Notes: generated by a model not told the origin, from the sequence alone. A stretch of 64,000 bases of DNA from Myxococcota bacterium (GCA_044344255.1 JBIJDH010000002.1:320001-384000), one strand, 5' to 3'; shown: positions 51,384-60,879, numbered from the stretch's first letter. Numbers and translations: made by a program.

Positions 51384-52247
51384 CTATCCGGGGGCCGGCG
51401 CCGTCGCATCCAGCAGGGCCTGGGCCAGGGCGCGGGGGGCAGCGTCGAAGGGGACAACGGTCGCGCCGGCCGGGCACCAGACCGCAGGGTCCGTCGGACC
51501 GAAGAGGGCCCAGGTGGGGCAGCCCGCGGCCTGGGCGAGGTGGCTCGTGCCGGTGTCCATCCCCAGCCAGGCCCGAGCGGAGGCGGCGAGGGCGACGAGC
51601 GAGGGCAGGTCGAGCCCCTCGAGCACGAGCTCACCGGGAGCGGAGAAGGGGCCTTCGTCGCGGCCGGGGGCCCAGACCACCGGCACGCCCGCCTCGCGCA
51701 GGTGTCGGGCCACCGCCTCGAGGCCGGACCAGCGCTTCGCCGGCGCGGCGGCCCCTGGCGCCAGCACCACCGCCCCCGCAGGGATCTGCCGCTCCAGCGT
51801 CGCCCGGAGGCGAGGGTCGGCCGAGAGGCGAGGGGGGCGGTCGGCCGCGACGCCGAGCAGGGGCGCGTTGAAGTGCCGCAGCGCCGAGACGCCGGTCGGC
51901 GGGCGCGGCGCGACCTCCACCACCTCGGGGACGCCGAGGTTGCGCAGGCCCTCGGCCACCCCCGGGGTGTAGACGAGGGCGAAGTCGGGCAGGGGGTGGG
52001 GCGGCGCGCCGCCACCATGGAGCCAGAGGGCCGCTGCGGATCGGGGGTCGGTGACGCTTTTTGCGGACCCCGGAGGGAGGAGCGCCACGTAGCGGGGGTC
52101 AGCGACGAGATCGATGGCCAGGCCGCGCTCCCCGAGGGCACGGACCGAGGGCTCGACGAGGATGAAGTCCCCGAGCGCTCCCCCGCGAACCACCAGCGCT
52201 CGCCCCGCCCCCCGGCCAGCCTCCGGTCGATGTAGAATGTTCGGCAT
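51384..52247 (-). CDS. Glycosyltransferase family 9 (heptosyltransferase-like)
   Basis: GALGDFIL, LAPGA...KRW, DTGTSHLA, ALFGPTDP. Confidence 0.88.
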   Translation of the reverse strand: MPNILHRPEAGRGAGRALVVRGGALGDFILVEPSVRALGERGLAIDLVADPRYVALLPPGSAKSVTDPRSAAALWLHGGGAPPHPLPDFALVYTPGVAEGLRNLGVPEVVEVAPRPPTGVSALRHFNAPLLGVAADRPPRLSADPRLRATLERQIPAGAVVLAPGAAAPAKRWSGLEAVARHLREAGVPVVWAPGRDEGPFSAPGELVLEGLDLPSLVALAASARAWLGMDTGTSHLAQAAGCPTWALFGPTDPAVWCPAGATVVPFDAAPRALAQALLDATAPAPG

Positions 52248-53454
52248 GGATGACGCCCTCGTAGAACGTTGGAGAGGTGGTGACGCGAACGCGACCACCG
52301 CGGTGCGAAACTCGGTGCGGAGCGTCGCCGAGCGGGTGCTCGGTCACTCCGCCCTGATCTCCGAGGCCGGCCCCAAGTGGAAGGCCCGCCTCCGCGATGA
52401 AGATCAGCGGCGAGAGCTGACGGTGACCATCGCAAAGGAGGTCATGAGCCGCAAGGCGGAGAGCGCGGCGGCGCTCACGGCCTCCGCCTTGATGGCCGCT
52501 TGTCGGCAGGCGGTCGAGGCGCTGCGGGAGGGCCGAACCGTCTCGGCCGAGATTACCCACCTCCCGCCGCCGGTGCTGGTCACCGGCGCCCTCGCCCCCG
52601 ACAGCATCGCCCCCCGCATGCGCGAGGCCCTCGACAAGCACGTCAGCGTCTGCCCCGCCTGCGCCGCCGACATGCGGGTGCTCGAGCGCATCGTCCACAC
52701 GCAGGAGGCCTTCGAGCCGATCGAGCCGAGCAGCGTGAGCGCGGACGTCCACGGGATCGACTCCGAGGGCATCGACCTCGAGGCGTTGATGCGCGACGCC
52801 ATCCAAGAGGGGGAGGCCCCCGCCAGCGAAGGGGCCGCACCGCGGCCCGGCCGTCGCCCGGGGGGCGCCGCGGGCTCTGCTCGCCCGAGCCGCCCCGCCG
52901 CGGCGCCCGCCCCCCGTCGCTCGGGGTGGATGATCATGGCGCCGGCGCTCCTGCTCTTCGGCGCCTTCGCGGTGTGGATGTGGAAGAGCCGGACCCCGGA
53001 GGGCCCGCTGATCCTCGCCGACGCGGGGCAGCTCTCGGCCCTCGCGGATCGTCGGGTCCCCGAGATCTCGCGCCTCGCAGAGCTGCCGCCGGAGGCCCAG
53101 TTCGCGCTCGGCGACCTCAGCGCTGGGGACTGCCGCAGCGCGGCGGGCCGCTTTCAGGACGCCCGCAAGAAGCAGCCGGCGGCCCTCGACCTCTATTGGC
53201 TGGAGGCCGCCGCCTTCGTCTGCGCTGGCGATGCCCGCTACGCCAAGAAGGCCTTCGAGGCGCTCGACGCCGCGGTCCTCGCGGGCGGGAAGATGCCCGG
53301 CGAGGCCTGGTGGGTGCGGGCACAGGTCTCCCTGCTCGCAGGGGACGGCCCGGGCGCCATCGACGCCCTCGGGAAGACCGAGCTCTTTGATCCCCAGCAC
53401 CGAGACGCCGCCGCCGAGCAGAAACGGAGGGTCCTGTCGGCGGTCGGCTCGTAG
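52246..53454 (+). CDS. ECF sigma2-like / zinc-finger anti-sigma / TM / TPR fusion protein
   Basis: DDALVERWRGGD.NA N-terminus, H...HVSVCPAC, TM WMIMAPALLLFGAFAVWMW, TPR-like C-terminus. Confidence 0.75.
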   Translation: MDDALVERWRGGDANATTAVRNSVRSVAERVLGHSALISEAGPKWKARLRDEDQRRELTVTIAKEVMSRKAESAAALTASALMAACRQAVEALREGRTVSAEITHLPPPVLVTGALAPDSIAPRMREALDKHVSVCPACAADMRVLERIVHTQEAFEPIEPSSVSADVHGIDSEGIDLEALMRDAIQEGEAPASEGAAPRPGRRPGGAAGSARPSRPAAAPAPRRSGWMIMAPALLLFGAFAVWMWKSRTPEGPLILADAGQLSALADRRVPEISRLAELPPEAQFALGDLSAGDCRSAAGRFQDARKKQPAALDLYWLEAAAFVCAGDARYAKKAFEALDAAVLAGGKMPGEAWWVRAQVSLLAGDGPGAIDALGKTELFDPQHRDAAAEQKRRVLSAVGS

Positions 53455-53464
53455 TCGGGGGCCT

Positions 53465-54625
53465 TCAGTAGGTCGGCAGCGAGGGATCGACCTCGGTGGC
53501 CCAGGCGGTGATCCCGCCCTCCATGTTGGTGACGCGGGTGTAGCCTGCGGCGACCAGCGCCTCGGCGGCCTTGGCCGAGCGACCGCCCATCTTGCAGTGC
53601 ACGAGGATGTCCCGATCTCGGGGGATGCGGTCGAGCTGCCCGCTCACCTCGTCGTGGGGGATGAGGGCGTCGGCGAAGGCCAGGCGGACGATGTCAGCCT
53701 CGGTGGCCCGTCGCACGTCGAGCACGAAGGGAGCCCAGCCGGCGTCGAGGCGGGCCTTGATCTCGGTGACTGACTGGCGGGCGAAGCCCTCGGCGGCGGC
53801 GTCGGGCACCTCATGCGCCCCGGGGATGCCGCAGAACTGCTGGTAGTCGATGAGGCCGGTGATCGGCGGGCAGCTCGGGTCCTTCCGGAGCTTGAGCTCG
53901 CGGAAGGTCATGTTGAGGGCGTCGTAGAGCAGCAGGCGCCCGGAGAGGGTTGTGCCCTTGCCAAGGATGATCTTCACGGTCTCGGTGGCCTGGATGCAGC
54001 CGATGACCCCGGGGAGGATGCCGAGCACGCCACCCTCGGCGCAGGAGGGCACGAGGCCGGGGGGCGGCGGCTCGGGGTAGAGGTCGCGGTACTGCGGGCC
54101 GCCTTGGTAGTTGAAGACGCTCGCCTGGCCTTCGAACTTGAAGATGCTGCCGTAGACGTTCGGCTTGCACAGCAGCACGCAGGCGTCGTTGACGAGGTAG
54201 CGGGTGGGGAAGTTGTCCGTCCCGTCCACCACGATGTCGTAGGGGGCGAGGATCTGGAGCGCGTTCTCCGCGGTCAGCGCCACCTCGTAGGTGTCGACCT
54301 GGCAGCGGGGGTTGATGTCCAGGATGCGGTCGCGGGCCGAGTGCAGCTTCGGCCGGCCGACGTTCTTGGTGCCGTGGATGACCTGCCGCTGCAGGTTCGA
54401 CTCGTCTACGACGTCGAAGTCAACGATACCGATGCGGCCGACGCCCGCGGCGGCGAGGTAGAGCAGGAGCGGTGAGCCGAGGCCGCCCGTTCCCACGCAG
54501 AGCACGCTCGCGCCCTTGAGGCGTCGCTGGCCCTCGACGCCCACCTCATCGAGGATGAGGTGCCGGGAGTAGCGGGCATAATCGGCGGCGTCCAGCGAGG
54601 GCAGCTCGGCCGTGGCTGCGCTCAT
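53465..54625 (-). CDS. moeZ: MoeZ-type E1-like adenylyltransferase-rhodanese
   Basis: RYSRHL, GTGGLG, SNLQRQ, DGTDNF, SCAEGG, rhodanese CKMGGRS. Confidence 0.93.
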   Translation of the reverse strand: MSAATAELPSLDAADYARYSRHLILDEVGVEGQRRLKGASVLCVGTGGLGSPLLLYLAAAGVGRIGIVDFDVVDESNLQRQVIHGTKNVGRPKLHSARDRILDINPRCQVDTYEVALTAENALQILAPYDIVVDGTDNFPTRYLVNDACVLLCKPNVYGSIFKFEGQASVFNYQGGPQYRDLYPEPPPPGLVPSCAEGGVLGILPGVIGCIQATETVKIILGKGTTLSGRLLLYDALNMTFRELKLRKDPSCPPITGLIDYQQFCGIPGAHEVPDAAAEGFARQSVTEIKARLDAGWAPFVLDVRRATEADIVRLAFADALIPHDEVSGQLDRIPRDRDILVHCKMGGRSAKAAEALVAAGYTRVTNMEGGITAWATEVDPSLPTY

Positions 54626-54936
54626 GACCGGCCGCCGGCGATCGAAGGCACGATGATCAGGCTGTCACCCGCTCGAAGGGCAGTCGTCTCCTTCTCGGGG
54701 AGGAAACGGATGTCTTCGTCGTTGAGGTAGACGTTGACGAAGCTGCGGAGCTTGCCGGTGGTGTCGCGGAGGTGCTTGTTGAGGGCGGTGTGGGTGGTGG
54801 TCAGCCGCTCGAGGGCCCCACCGACGGTGGTGGCGTCGAGCTCCACGGTGGCCAGCCCGCCCGTGTACGAGCGCAGCGCGGTGGGGATGGAGATCTTGAC
54901 GGGCACGCTCTTCGTGGGTGTTTCGTCGGTGGACAC
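54622..54936 (-). CDS. Ubiquitin-like sulfur carrier (CysO/MoaD/ThiS) ending GG-RS
   Basis: IPTALR.YTGG, FVNVYLNDEDIRF, IVPSIAGGRS. Confidence 0.92.
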   Translation of the reverse strand: MSTDETPTKSVPVKISIPTALRSYTGGLATVELDATTVGGALERLTTTHTALNKHLRDTTGKLRSFVNVYLNDEDIRFLPEKETTALRAGDSLIIVPSIAGGRS

Positions 54937-54938
54937 GG

Positions 54939-55475
54939 TCAGGGCTCCAAAGCAGGAGGGTGTGGGGGGGCCGCGGGCTCCGCGACCGGGGGCGCAGGCG
55001 CGATCTGGAGGGCCTCGTGATCCATCACGCTGCGGTCTTCTCGCAGGCGCCAGGCGAGGGTGTCCACCACCCGGGGGCCCGCGGGGGAGCCCTCGACGGC
55101 GGCGATGACGTAGCTCAAGTTCGGCAGGGCCTGATCCCGGTCGCTGTCGGACCACGCGGCGGGGTGGTCGGGGTGCGAGTGGTAGTAGCCGAGCAGGTCG
55201 AGGCCTTCGGCCTGGAGGGCCTCCTCGGCCCGCATCACCGTGAGCCCGCTCACCTGGTAGCGGCGGGCGGCGTCGGCGGCGCGCTCATTGGTCAGCGGCA
55301 CCACCCGCGTGACCTTGGCCTCGGCGGGGTCTTCACCGCGACGCCCGGCGAGGATACCGACGACCTCGTAGGGGAAGCCGGCGACCGCGTGATCGTGGAG
55401 GCGCGAGAGCTCGGCCTCGGGGAGGCTGAGGCGGGTGCCGGAGGGGTGGCGCTCGCGGGGGATGAGCGAGGACAT
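54939..55475 (-). CDS. JAB/JAMM (M67, Mec-like) metallopeptidase
   Basis: PYEVVGILAG, YHSHPDHPAAWSDSD (E-HxH-x7-S-x2-D). Confidence 0.93.
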   Translation of the reverse strand: MSSLIPRERHPSGTRLSLPEAELSRLHDHAVAGFPYEVVGILAGRRGEDPAEAKVTRVVPLTNERAADAARRYQVSGLTVMRAEEALQAEGLDLLGYYHSHPDHPAAWSDSDRDQALPNLSYVIAAVEGSPAGPRVVDTLAWRLREDRSVMDHEALQIAPAPPVAEPAAPPHPPALEP

Positions 55476-55476
55476 C

Positions 55477-56451
55477 TCAGCGGTGCCCGCGGTGGCCGAC
55501 GCCGAAGACGTGGGCCTCGGAGAGGTAGCGCTCGCCGCTATCGGGGAGGACCGCGACCACCACGCCCTGATCGAGCTGGCGGCCGATCTCGAGCGCGCCC
55601 CAGACGGCGGCGCCGCTGCTGATGCCGCAGAGGATCCCCTCCTCTCGGGCGAGGCGGCGCACCAGCTCGATGCTCTCCTCGGTGGGGACCCCGAGGTCGA
55701 GGTCGGCGAGGGCGGGGTCGTAGATCGGCGGCACGATGGCGCTCTCCATGTGCTTCGTGCCCTCGAGCCCATGAAAGGGGGAGTCGGGCTGGAGCGAGAC
55801 ACACTGGATGCGGGGGTCGCGAGATTTGAGGTAGCGCGCGGTGCCCATGAAGGTGCCGCTCGTGCCGAGCGTGGCCGTGAAGTGCGTGACGCGGCCGCCG
55901 GTGTCTCGCCAGATCTCGGGGCCTGTGCTGCGGAAGTGCGCCTGCCAGTTGGCGTCGTTGCCGTACTGGTCGAGGTAGACGTAGCGCTCGGGCTCGGCGG
56001 CGAAGAGCTCGCGGGCCTTGCGGATCGCGCCGTCCGAGCCCTCGAGGGGGTCGGTCTCGACGATGTTCACGCCGTAAGCCCGCAGGGTGGCCTTCCGCTC
56101 GGCGTTGGCGTTGCTGGGCAGGCAGAGGGTGAGCGTGTAGCCGCGCACGGCGGCGATGAGCCCGTAGGCGATGCCGGTGTTGCCGGAGGACGAGTCGAGG
56201 ATCTCCATCCCGGGCCGCAGTCGGCCGCTGGCCTCGGCCTCGAGCACCATGGAGAGCGCGGCGCGGTCCTTCACGGAGCCGCCGGGGTTGTAATGCTCGA
56301 GCTTGACCCAGAGCTCGACGGCGTCTGGCACGGCGCCCTTCGTCACGCTGCGGAGGCGCACCAGCGGCGTATTGCCGACCCGCGCGAGCAGCCCGTCCAG
56401 CCCGGCCCAGGGCGGCCCGAGCTCCTGCGGCGCTGCGTGTCCGATCGCCAT
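55477..56451 (-). CDS. cysM: PLP-dependent cysteine synthase (CysM-like)
   Basis: VGNTPLVRL, NPGGSVKDR, SSGNTG, GTSGT, PDSGERYLS. Confidence 0.9.
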   Translation of the reverse strand: MAIGHAAPQELGPPWAGLDGLLARVGNTPLVRLRSVTKGAVPDAVELWVKLEHYNPGGSVKDRAALSMVLEAEASGRLRPGMEILDSSSGNTGIAYGLIAAVRGYTLTLCLPSNANAERKATLRAYGVNIVETDPLEGSDGAIRKARELFAAEPERYVYLDQYGNDANWQAHFRSTGPEIWRDTGGRVTHFTATLGTSGTFMGTARYLKSRDPRIQCVSLQPDSPFHGLEGTKHMESAIVPPIYDPALADLDLGVPTEESIELVRRLAREEGILCGISSGAAVWGALEIGRQLDQGVVVAVLPDSGERYLSEAHVFGVGHRGHR

Positions 56452-56546
56452 CGATACCTCAGGGAAATGGCAGGGAGGACGGGAGGTTCCGTCTCCAGTG
56501 GAAGGTGCGCGCGGCCCGCGGAGGGGGGCGCCGCCGAGGGCCGAGC

Positions 56547-56574
56547 AGTCTACCCGGGCTCCACCCGTTGTCGA
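56547..56574 (-). promoter_or_regulatory. Candidate sigma70 promoter of the cysM operon
   Basis: Minus-strand TCGACA-16 nt-TAGACT upstream of cysM. Confidence 0.35.
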
Positions 56575-56587
56575 CCCTCCGGAGTGT

Positions 56588-57160
56588 CTACACACCCGTG
56601 TGGGGGAGGGCAACGGCGGCGGCCTGCGCGGCCTCGCAGGCGAGCAAGATGTCGCTCGGCTCCGCGAGGCCGCCGGGGCCGACGTCACCGCAGGCGAGCC
56701 GCTTCTCGACGGGCGCCACGATCTGGAAGCGGTCGCCGAGCTCCCTGAGCCAGCGCAGGTTTCGTTGGTTGATGGGGTTCGCCCACATCTCGGTGTTCAT
56801 CGCGGGGGCCAGCACCACGGGCCGGCCCCGCGGCAGCGCGAGGAGCACGGTGCTGAGCGCGTCGTCTCCGATCCCGAGGGCGATCTTGGTGAGCGTGTTC
56901 GCGGTAGCCGGGGCCACGCAGACCACCTCGGCCCACTTGGCCCACTCGATGTGGGCGAGGGCGTTGCCCTGGGCGAGGTGCCCGTCGCCGACGAGGGGGG
57001 GCGTGCCGGAGAGGGCCTCGAAGCTGAGCGGACCGACGAAGCGCGCCGCGTTGGCGGTCATCAGCACGCGCACCTCATGGCCGCGCTTGCGAGCGAGGCT
57101 CAAGAGCTCGCAGGCCCGATAGGCCGCGATGCCGCCGCTGACCCCGAGCAGCAGCCTCAC
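56588..57160 (-). CDS. coaC: Stand-alone phosphopantothenoylcysteine decarboxylase (HFCD flavoprotein)
   Basis: GVSGGIAAY, HIEWA, APATAN, PAMN..MW, LACGD.G.G; no CoaB domain. Confidence 0.85.
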   Translation of the reverse strand: MRLLLGVSGGIAAYRACELLSLARKRGHEVRVLMTANAARFVGPLSFEALSGTPPLVGDGHLAQGNALAHIEWAKWAEVVCVAPATANTLTKIALGIGDDALSTVLLALPRGRPVVLAPAMNTEMWANPINQRNLRWLRELGDRFQIVAPVEKRLACGDVGPGGLAEPSDILLACEAAQAAAVALPHTGV

Positions 57161-59139
57161 GGGGACGCCCCGTCTTCGGTCGAGCCCTCATCTTCCGGGC
57201 CGATGACCGGGAAGCCCTCCATCGCGCTCTGCAAGAAGTCCCGGTACAAGTGGGCCGCCTCGATGTTGTCGAAGATGGCGAAGTGACCGTCATCCGGGAA
57301 CTGTGCGAGGCCGCCGGTGACGTAGGCGTTGTTCCAAGCGCGGAGGTTGAGCTCGACAGGGGTCTCGACGGTGTCGAGCTCCTGGGCCGCCTGCACGGTG
57401 GCCTCTGCGAACGCGGGGGCGAGGATCGGGTGGTGGGCGGCCCCGGCCAGCACCTCGATCGCGACAGGCGGTGTGTAGATGTCCTGCAGGCCCTCGAACA
57501 TCAGCACATGGGCGGGGGTCCCCTCCCACTCGGGCGCGCGGTGGTGCCAGTAGGGCGCGTAGTTCAAGGGATCGGTGGCCTCGGCCACGGTCTGGACGAG
57601 CCCGACGACGGGGTGGGTCTCGGTGAGCGACTCGTCGTCCTGAAAATGGAGGGCCGAGCGCAGGATCGCCTGGATGTCGATGTCACCGGCGTCCCGCTTC
57701 ACGACGCTCAGCGAGAGGCCGCCGCCGGCCCCGGAGAGCACCACGGCGCGCGCGTCGTCACCGAAGAAGGGGGCGGCGAGGATGCCGATCTCACCGCCGT
57801 GCGAGTGGCCGAGGTAGGCGATCTTCTCGGGGTTGGTCCGCGCGTCGAGCTCGCTGTCGTTCGCGCGGGCCGGCTCGGCCCAGAAGTGGTGCGGCTGACC
57901 GTGGAGCACGTGCGCGAGGTAGAGCTGCTCGAGCGCGGCCTCGCGGAAGGAGGTCCGGCCGCTCGTGGGGTTGAGATAGTTGAAGGAGAGGATGGCGGGA
58001 TCTCCGCCCTTCCAGCGGTCGCCGTGGAAGGGCAACGCGATGCCGAAGGCGGCCATGCCGCCGCGCGCCAGCTGGCCAGCGATCTCGAGCGGGTCGTCGG
58101 ACTCGAAGTGGCTGCCCGCGTCGCCGCCGGTGCCGTGTCCTTGGATGACCACGGGCCAGCCGTCGGCGGGGACGGAGTCTGGGTCCGTGGGCACGCTGAA
58201 CACGAACTGGCAGTGCTCCCATCCGGCGAGGATGGGCTCTCCGTCGGCGTCGAACTCGAATTGCCCGCCCTCGGCGGTGTAGGGGGACTCGCCGTGGGTC
58301 CAGATCGGGATGTCGAGCGAGCCGGAGAAGGCCTTGAACACGCCGTTCTCGTTGAAGGGCACGAGCTCTTGGCTGAGGTCTGGCACCGGCAGCGCCTTCA
58401 CGGCGCGGGCGAGCCGCCCCATCTCGGCGGTGGGGTCCTGGGTGGTGAAGACCGTCGCCAGCGCGACCGTGTCGGTGCTGACATGGAGCGAGAAGAGGGT
58501 CTCGTGGAGGTCTTGGTAGTCCGCATGGCGGGGGTCGTCCTCGCGCCAGACGTCGTCGAAGCCCGCGACTGGCCGGGCGAGGTCGGTGGTGAGCACGAGG
58601 GCGTAGCGGTTGTGCGGCCGCAGCGGCAGCCCCCAGACGGGCTGGATGGCCAGCAGGTTCTCGGGCTGCCAGGTGGTGGCCTCGGCCTGCCAGGCCCAGG
58701 TCCAGGGGACGAGCTCGCCGCGGTGAGGGCTCTGCCGGTCGATGTCGAGCAAGTAGATCGGGCTGCCGGGCTCGGCGCTGCGCCGCCAGCCGGGGAGGCG
58801 CTCGGTGTCGAGGGGGCCATCGAAGCGGACGTACAGCGGCGCGTTGGTGCCGAAGCCGTCCAGCCGCGCCGCCTCTCCGACGTAGCGCTTGACGAGCTCG
58901 TTGTCGGCGGCCTGCGGGAAGTCGGAGAGGTCGGGGTGGCCGTCTATGAGGCGGTCGTCGGAGGGCCAGGGCCGGTCGAAGAAGCCGGCGCCTTCGGTCA
59001 TCGGCGTTGGCCCGCCGAAGAGCAAGGAGCAGCCCGGCAGGAGCGCGAGCAGCCCCAAGCCGGGCCCCAGCAGCGAGCGCGACCTGGCGAGGGAGCTGGC
59101 GAGCGATGGGCGACGGGGGAGGGGAGGGAGGTGCTTCAC
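57157..59139 (-). CDS. Lipoprotein with N-terminal Ig-like and alpha/beta-hydrolase domains
   Basis: LPGC lipobox, PWPSD, LDGFG, GWPVVI.GHG, GHSHGG nucleophile elbow, C-terminal GH. Confidence 0.82.
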   Translation of the reverse strand: MKHLPPLPRRPSLASSLARSRSLLGPGLGLLALLPGCSLLFGGPTPMTEGAGFFDRPWPSDDRLIDGHPDLSDFPQAADNELVKRYVGEAARLDGFGTNAPLYVRFDGPLDTERLPGWRRSAEPGSPIYLLDIDRQSPHRGELVPWTWAWQAEATTWQPENLLAIQPVWGLPLRPHNRYALVLTTDLARPVAGFDDVWREDDPRHADYQDLHETLFSLHVSTDTVALATVFTTQDPTAEMGRLARAVKALPVPDLSQELVPFNENGVFKAFSGSLDIPIWTHGESPYTAEGGQFEFDADGEPILAGWEHCQFVFSVPTDPDSVPADGWPVVIQGHGTGGDAGSHFESDDPLEIAGQLARGGMAAFGIALPFHGDRWKGGDPAILSFNYLNPTSGRTSFREAALEQLYLAHVLHGQPHHFWAEPARANDSELDARTNPEKIAYLGHSHGGEIGILAAPFFGDDARAVVLSGAGGGLSLSVVKRDAGDIDIQAILRSALHFQDDESLTETHPVVGLVQTVAEATDPLNYAPYWHHRAPEWEGTPAHVLMFEGLQDIYTPPVAIEVLAGAAHHPILAPAFAEATVQAAQELDTVETPVELNLRAWNNAYVTGGLAQFPDDGHFAIFDNIEAAHLYRDFLQSAMEGFPVIGPEDEGSTEDGASP

Positions 59140-59286
59140 GGGGGCTCGTTAACCCGCCTCTGAAGGCCGGGGTTGTCGCCCGTCGACGGCCTTTGGCCGG
59201 CGGGCTCGGTCAAGCCGCTCGCCGTCGGTTAGAGCCGGCTCGGCCCGTGGGCCGAAGCTCGCACATCCCCCAGCTCTGGGTTCTCC

Positions 59287-60792
59287 GTGACCGTCCGCAC
59301 CCGAATCGCTCCTTCGCCCACCGGCGATCCGCACGTCGGCACCGCCTACGTCGCCCTGTTCAACTACTGCTTCGCCAAGGCCCATGGCGGGCAGTTTCTG
59401 CTGCGCATCGAGGACACCGACCAGGTGCGGAGCACGGCTGAGTCGGAGCAGATGATCCTCGAGGCCCTCCGCTGGGTGGGGCTCAGCTGGGATGAGGGCC
59501 CAGACGTGGGCGGTCCGCACGGGCCTTACCGTCAGTCGGACCGCAGCGAGATCTATAAGGAGCACACCGAGCGCCTTGTCACGAGCGGGCACGCGTTCCG
59601 CTGCTTCTGCACGGGGGCCGAGCTCAGCGAGATGCGCCAGCAGCAGAAGGTGGCCGGCAAGAACCCTGGCTACGACGGCCGCTGTCGCCAGCTCTCCCAG
59701 GCGGAGGTGGCCAGCCGGCTCGCCCGCGGGGATGAGTCCGTGGTGCGGATGGACGTCCCCCGCGAGGGGGCTTGCATTGTCCAGGACATGCTGCGCGGCG
59801 AGATCAGCATCGAGTGGTCGGCGGTCGACATGCAGGTGCTGATGAAGTCGGACGGCCTGCCGACCTACCACCTCGCCAACGTGGTCGACGACCACCTGAT
59901 GGGCATCACCCACGTGCTGCGGGGGGAGGAGTGGATCAACTCCGCGCCCAAGCACCTCTTGCTCTATCGATACTTCGGCTGGGAGGCGCCCACCCTCTGC
60001 CACCTGCCGCTGCTCCGCAACCCCGACCGCAGCAAGCTCTCGAAGCGCAAGAACCCGACGAGCATCCTCTGGTATCGCCGAATGGGCTACCTGCCCGAGG
60101 CCCTGCTCAACTACCTCGGCCTGATGGCCTGGTCGATGCCCGACGGCCGGGAGCTCTTCAGCCTCGAGGACATGGCGGGTGACTTCTCGCTCAGCCGGGT
60201 CTCCCTCGGCGGGCCGGTCTTTGACCTCCAGAAGCTCGACTGGCTGAACGCCCGCTACATCCGGGAGGTGCTCACCGACGAGGTCTTCGCCGAGCGGGTC
60301 CGCGGCTGGGCCTTTCAGGAGGGCTACCTTCGGCAGGTCGCCGCGCTGGCCCGCCAGCGGGTCACCACGCTGGGTGACCTCGGCGCGCTCTGCGCCTTCT
60401 TCTTCTCGGGCAAGATCGAGGTCTCGGCGGAGGCCCTGCTCGCGGCCGCCGGGAAGCTCGGCAAGGACGGCCTCCGCAAGGCCCTCTACGTCGTGATGCA
60501 GAACATGAGCGCCATCCCCGCCTGGGAGCGCGGGGCGGTCGAGGTGATGATGCGCGCCTCCGGAGACCAGCTCGGCTGGAAGGCGCGCGACTTCTTCAAG
60601 CCCTTCTACGTGGCGATCGCCGGCACGCCGGCCTCCGTCCCGCTCTTTGACTCGATGACCCTGCTCGGTCGCGACGTCTCCCGCTACCGGGTCAAGATGG
60701 CCCTCGACCGCGTGGGCGCGCCCACGAACGACGAGATCGAAGCCTGGGACGCCGAGCGGAAGGCCAGGTCGGAGGCAGAGGCCGAGGCCTGA
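59287..60792 (+). CDS. gltX: Glutamate--tRNA ligase
   Basis: RIAPSPTGDPHVG, LRIEDTD, PTYHLANVVDDH, RGEEW, KLSKR, anticodon-binding domain. Confidence 0.97.
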   Translation: MTVRTRIAPSPTGDPHVGTAYVALFNYCFAKAHGGQFLLRIEDTDQVRSTAESEQMILEALRWVGLSWDEGPDVGGPHGPYRQSDRSEIYKEHTERLVTSGHAFRCFCTGAELSEMRQQQKVAGKNPGYDGRCRQLSQAEVASRLARGDESVVRMDVPREGACIVQDMLRGEISIEWSAVDMQVLMKSDGLPTYHLANVVDDHLMGITHVLRGEEWINSAPKHLLLYRYFGWEAPTLCHLPLLRNPDRSKLSKRKNPTSILWYRRMGYLPEALLNYLGLMAWSMPDGRELFSLEDMAGDFSLSRVSLGGPVFDLQKLDWLNARYIREVLTDEVFAERVRGWAFQEGYLRQVAALARQRVTTLGDLGALCAFFFSGKIEVSAEALLAAAGKLGKDGLRKALYVVMQNMSAIPAWERGAVEVMMRASGDQLGWKARDFFKPFYVAIAGTPASVPLFDSMTLLGRDVSRYRVKMALDRVGAPTNDEIEAWDAERKARSEAEAEA

Positions 60793-60879
60793 CGCCCCAC
60801 CCGGGCTCGTGGTCGATGGATCGGCCACCCTGGAGCTGGACCGGGCACCCTGGAGCAGGGCGCCCCCGACGCGGGGAGG

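Noticed and set aside
53465..55475. E1/Ubl/JAB as a bacterial ubiquitination or CBASS/Bil defence system
   Set aside because: No E2; E1 carries a rhodanese and a cysteine synthase is coupled, indicating sulfur transfer.
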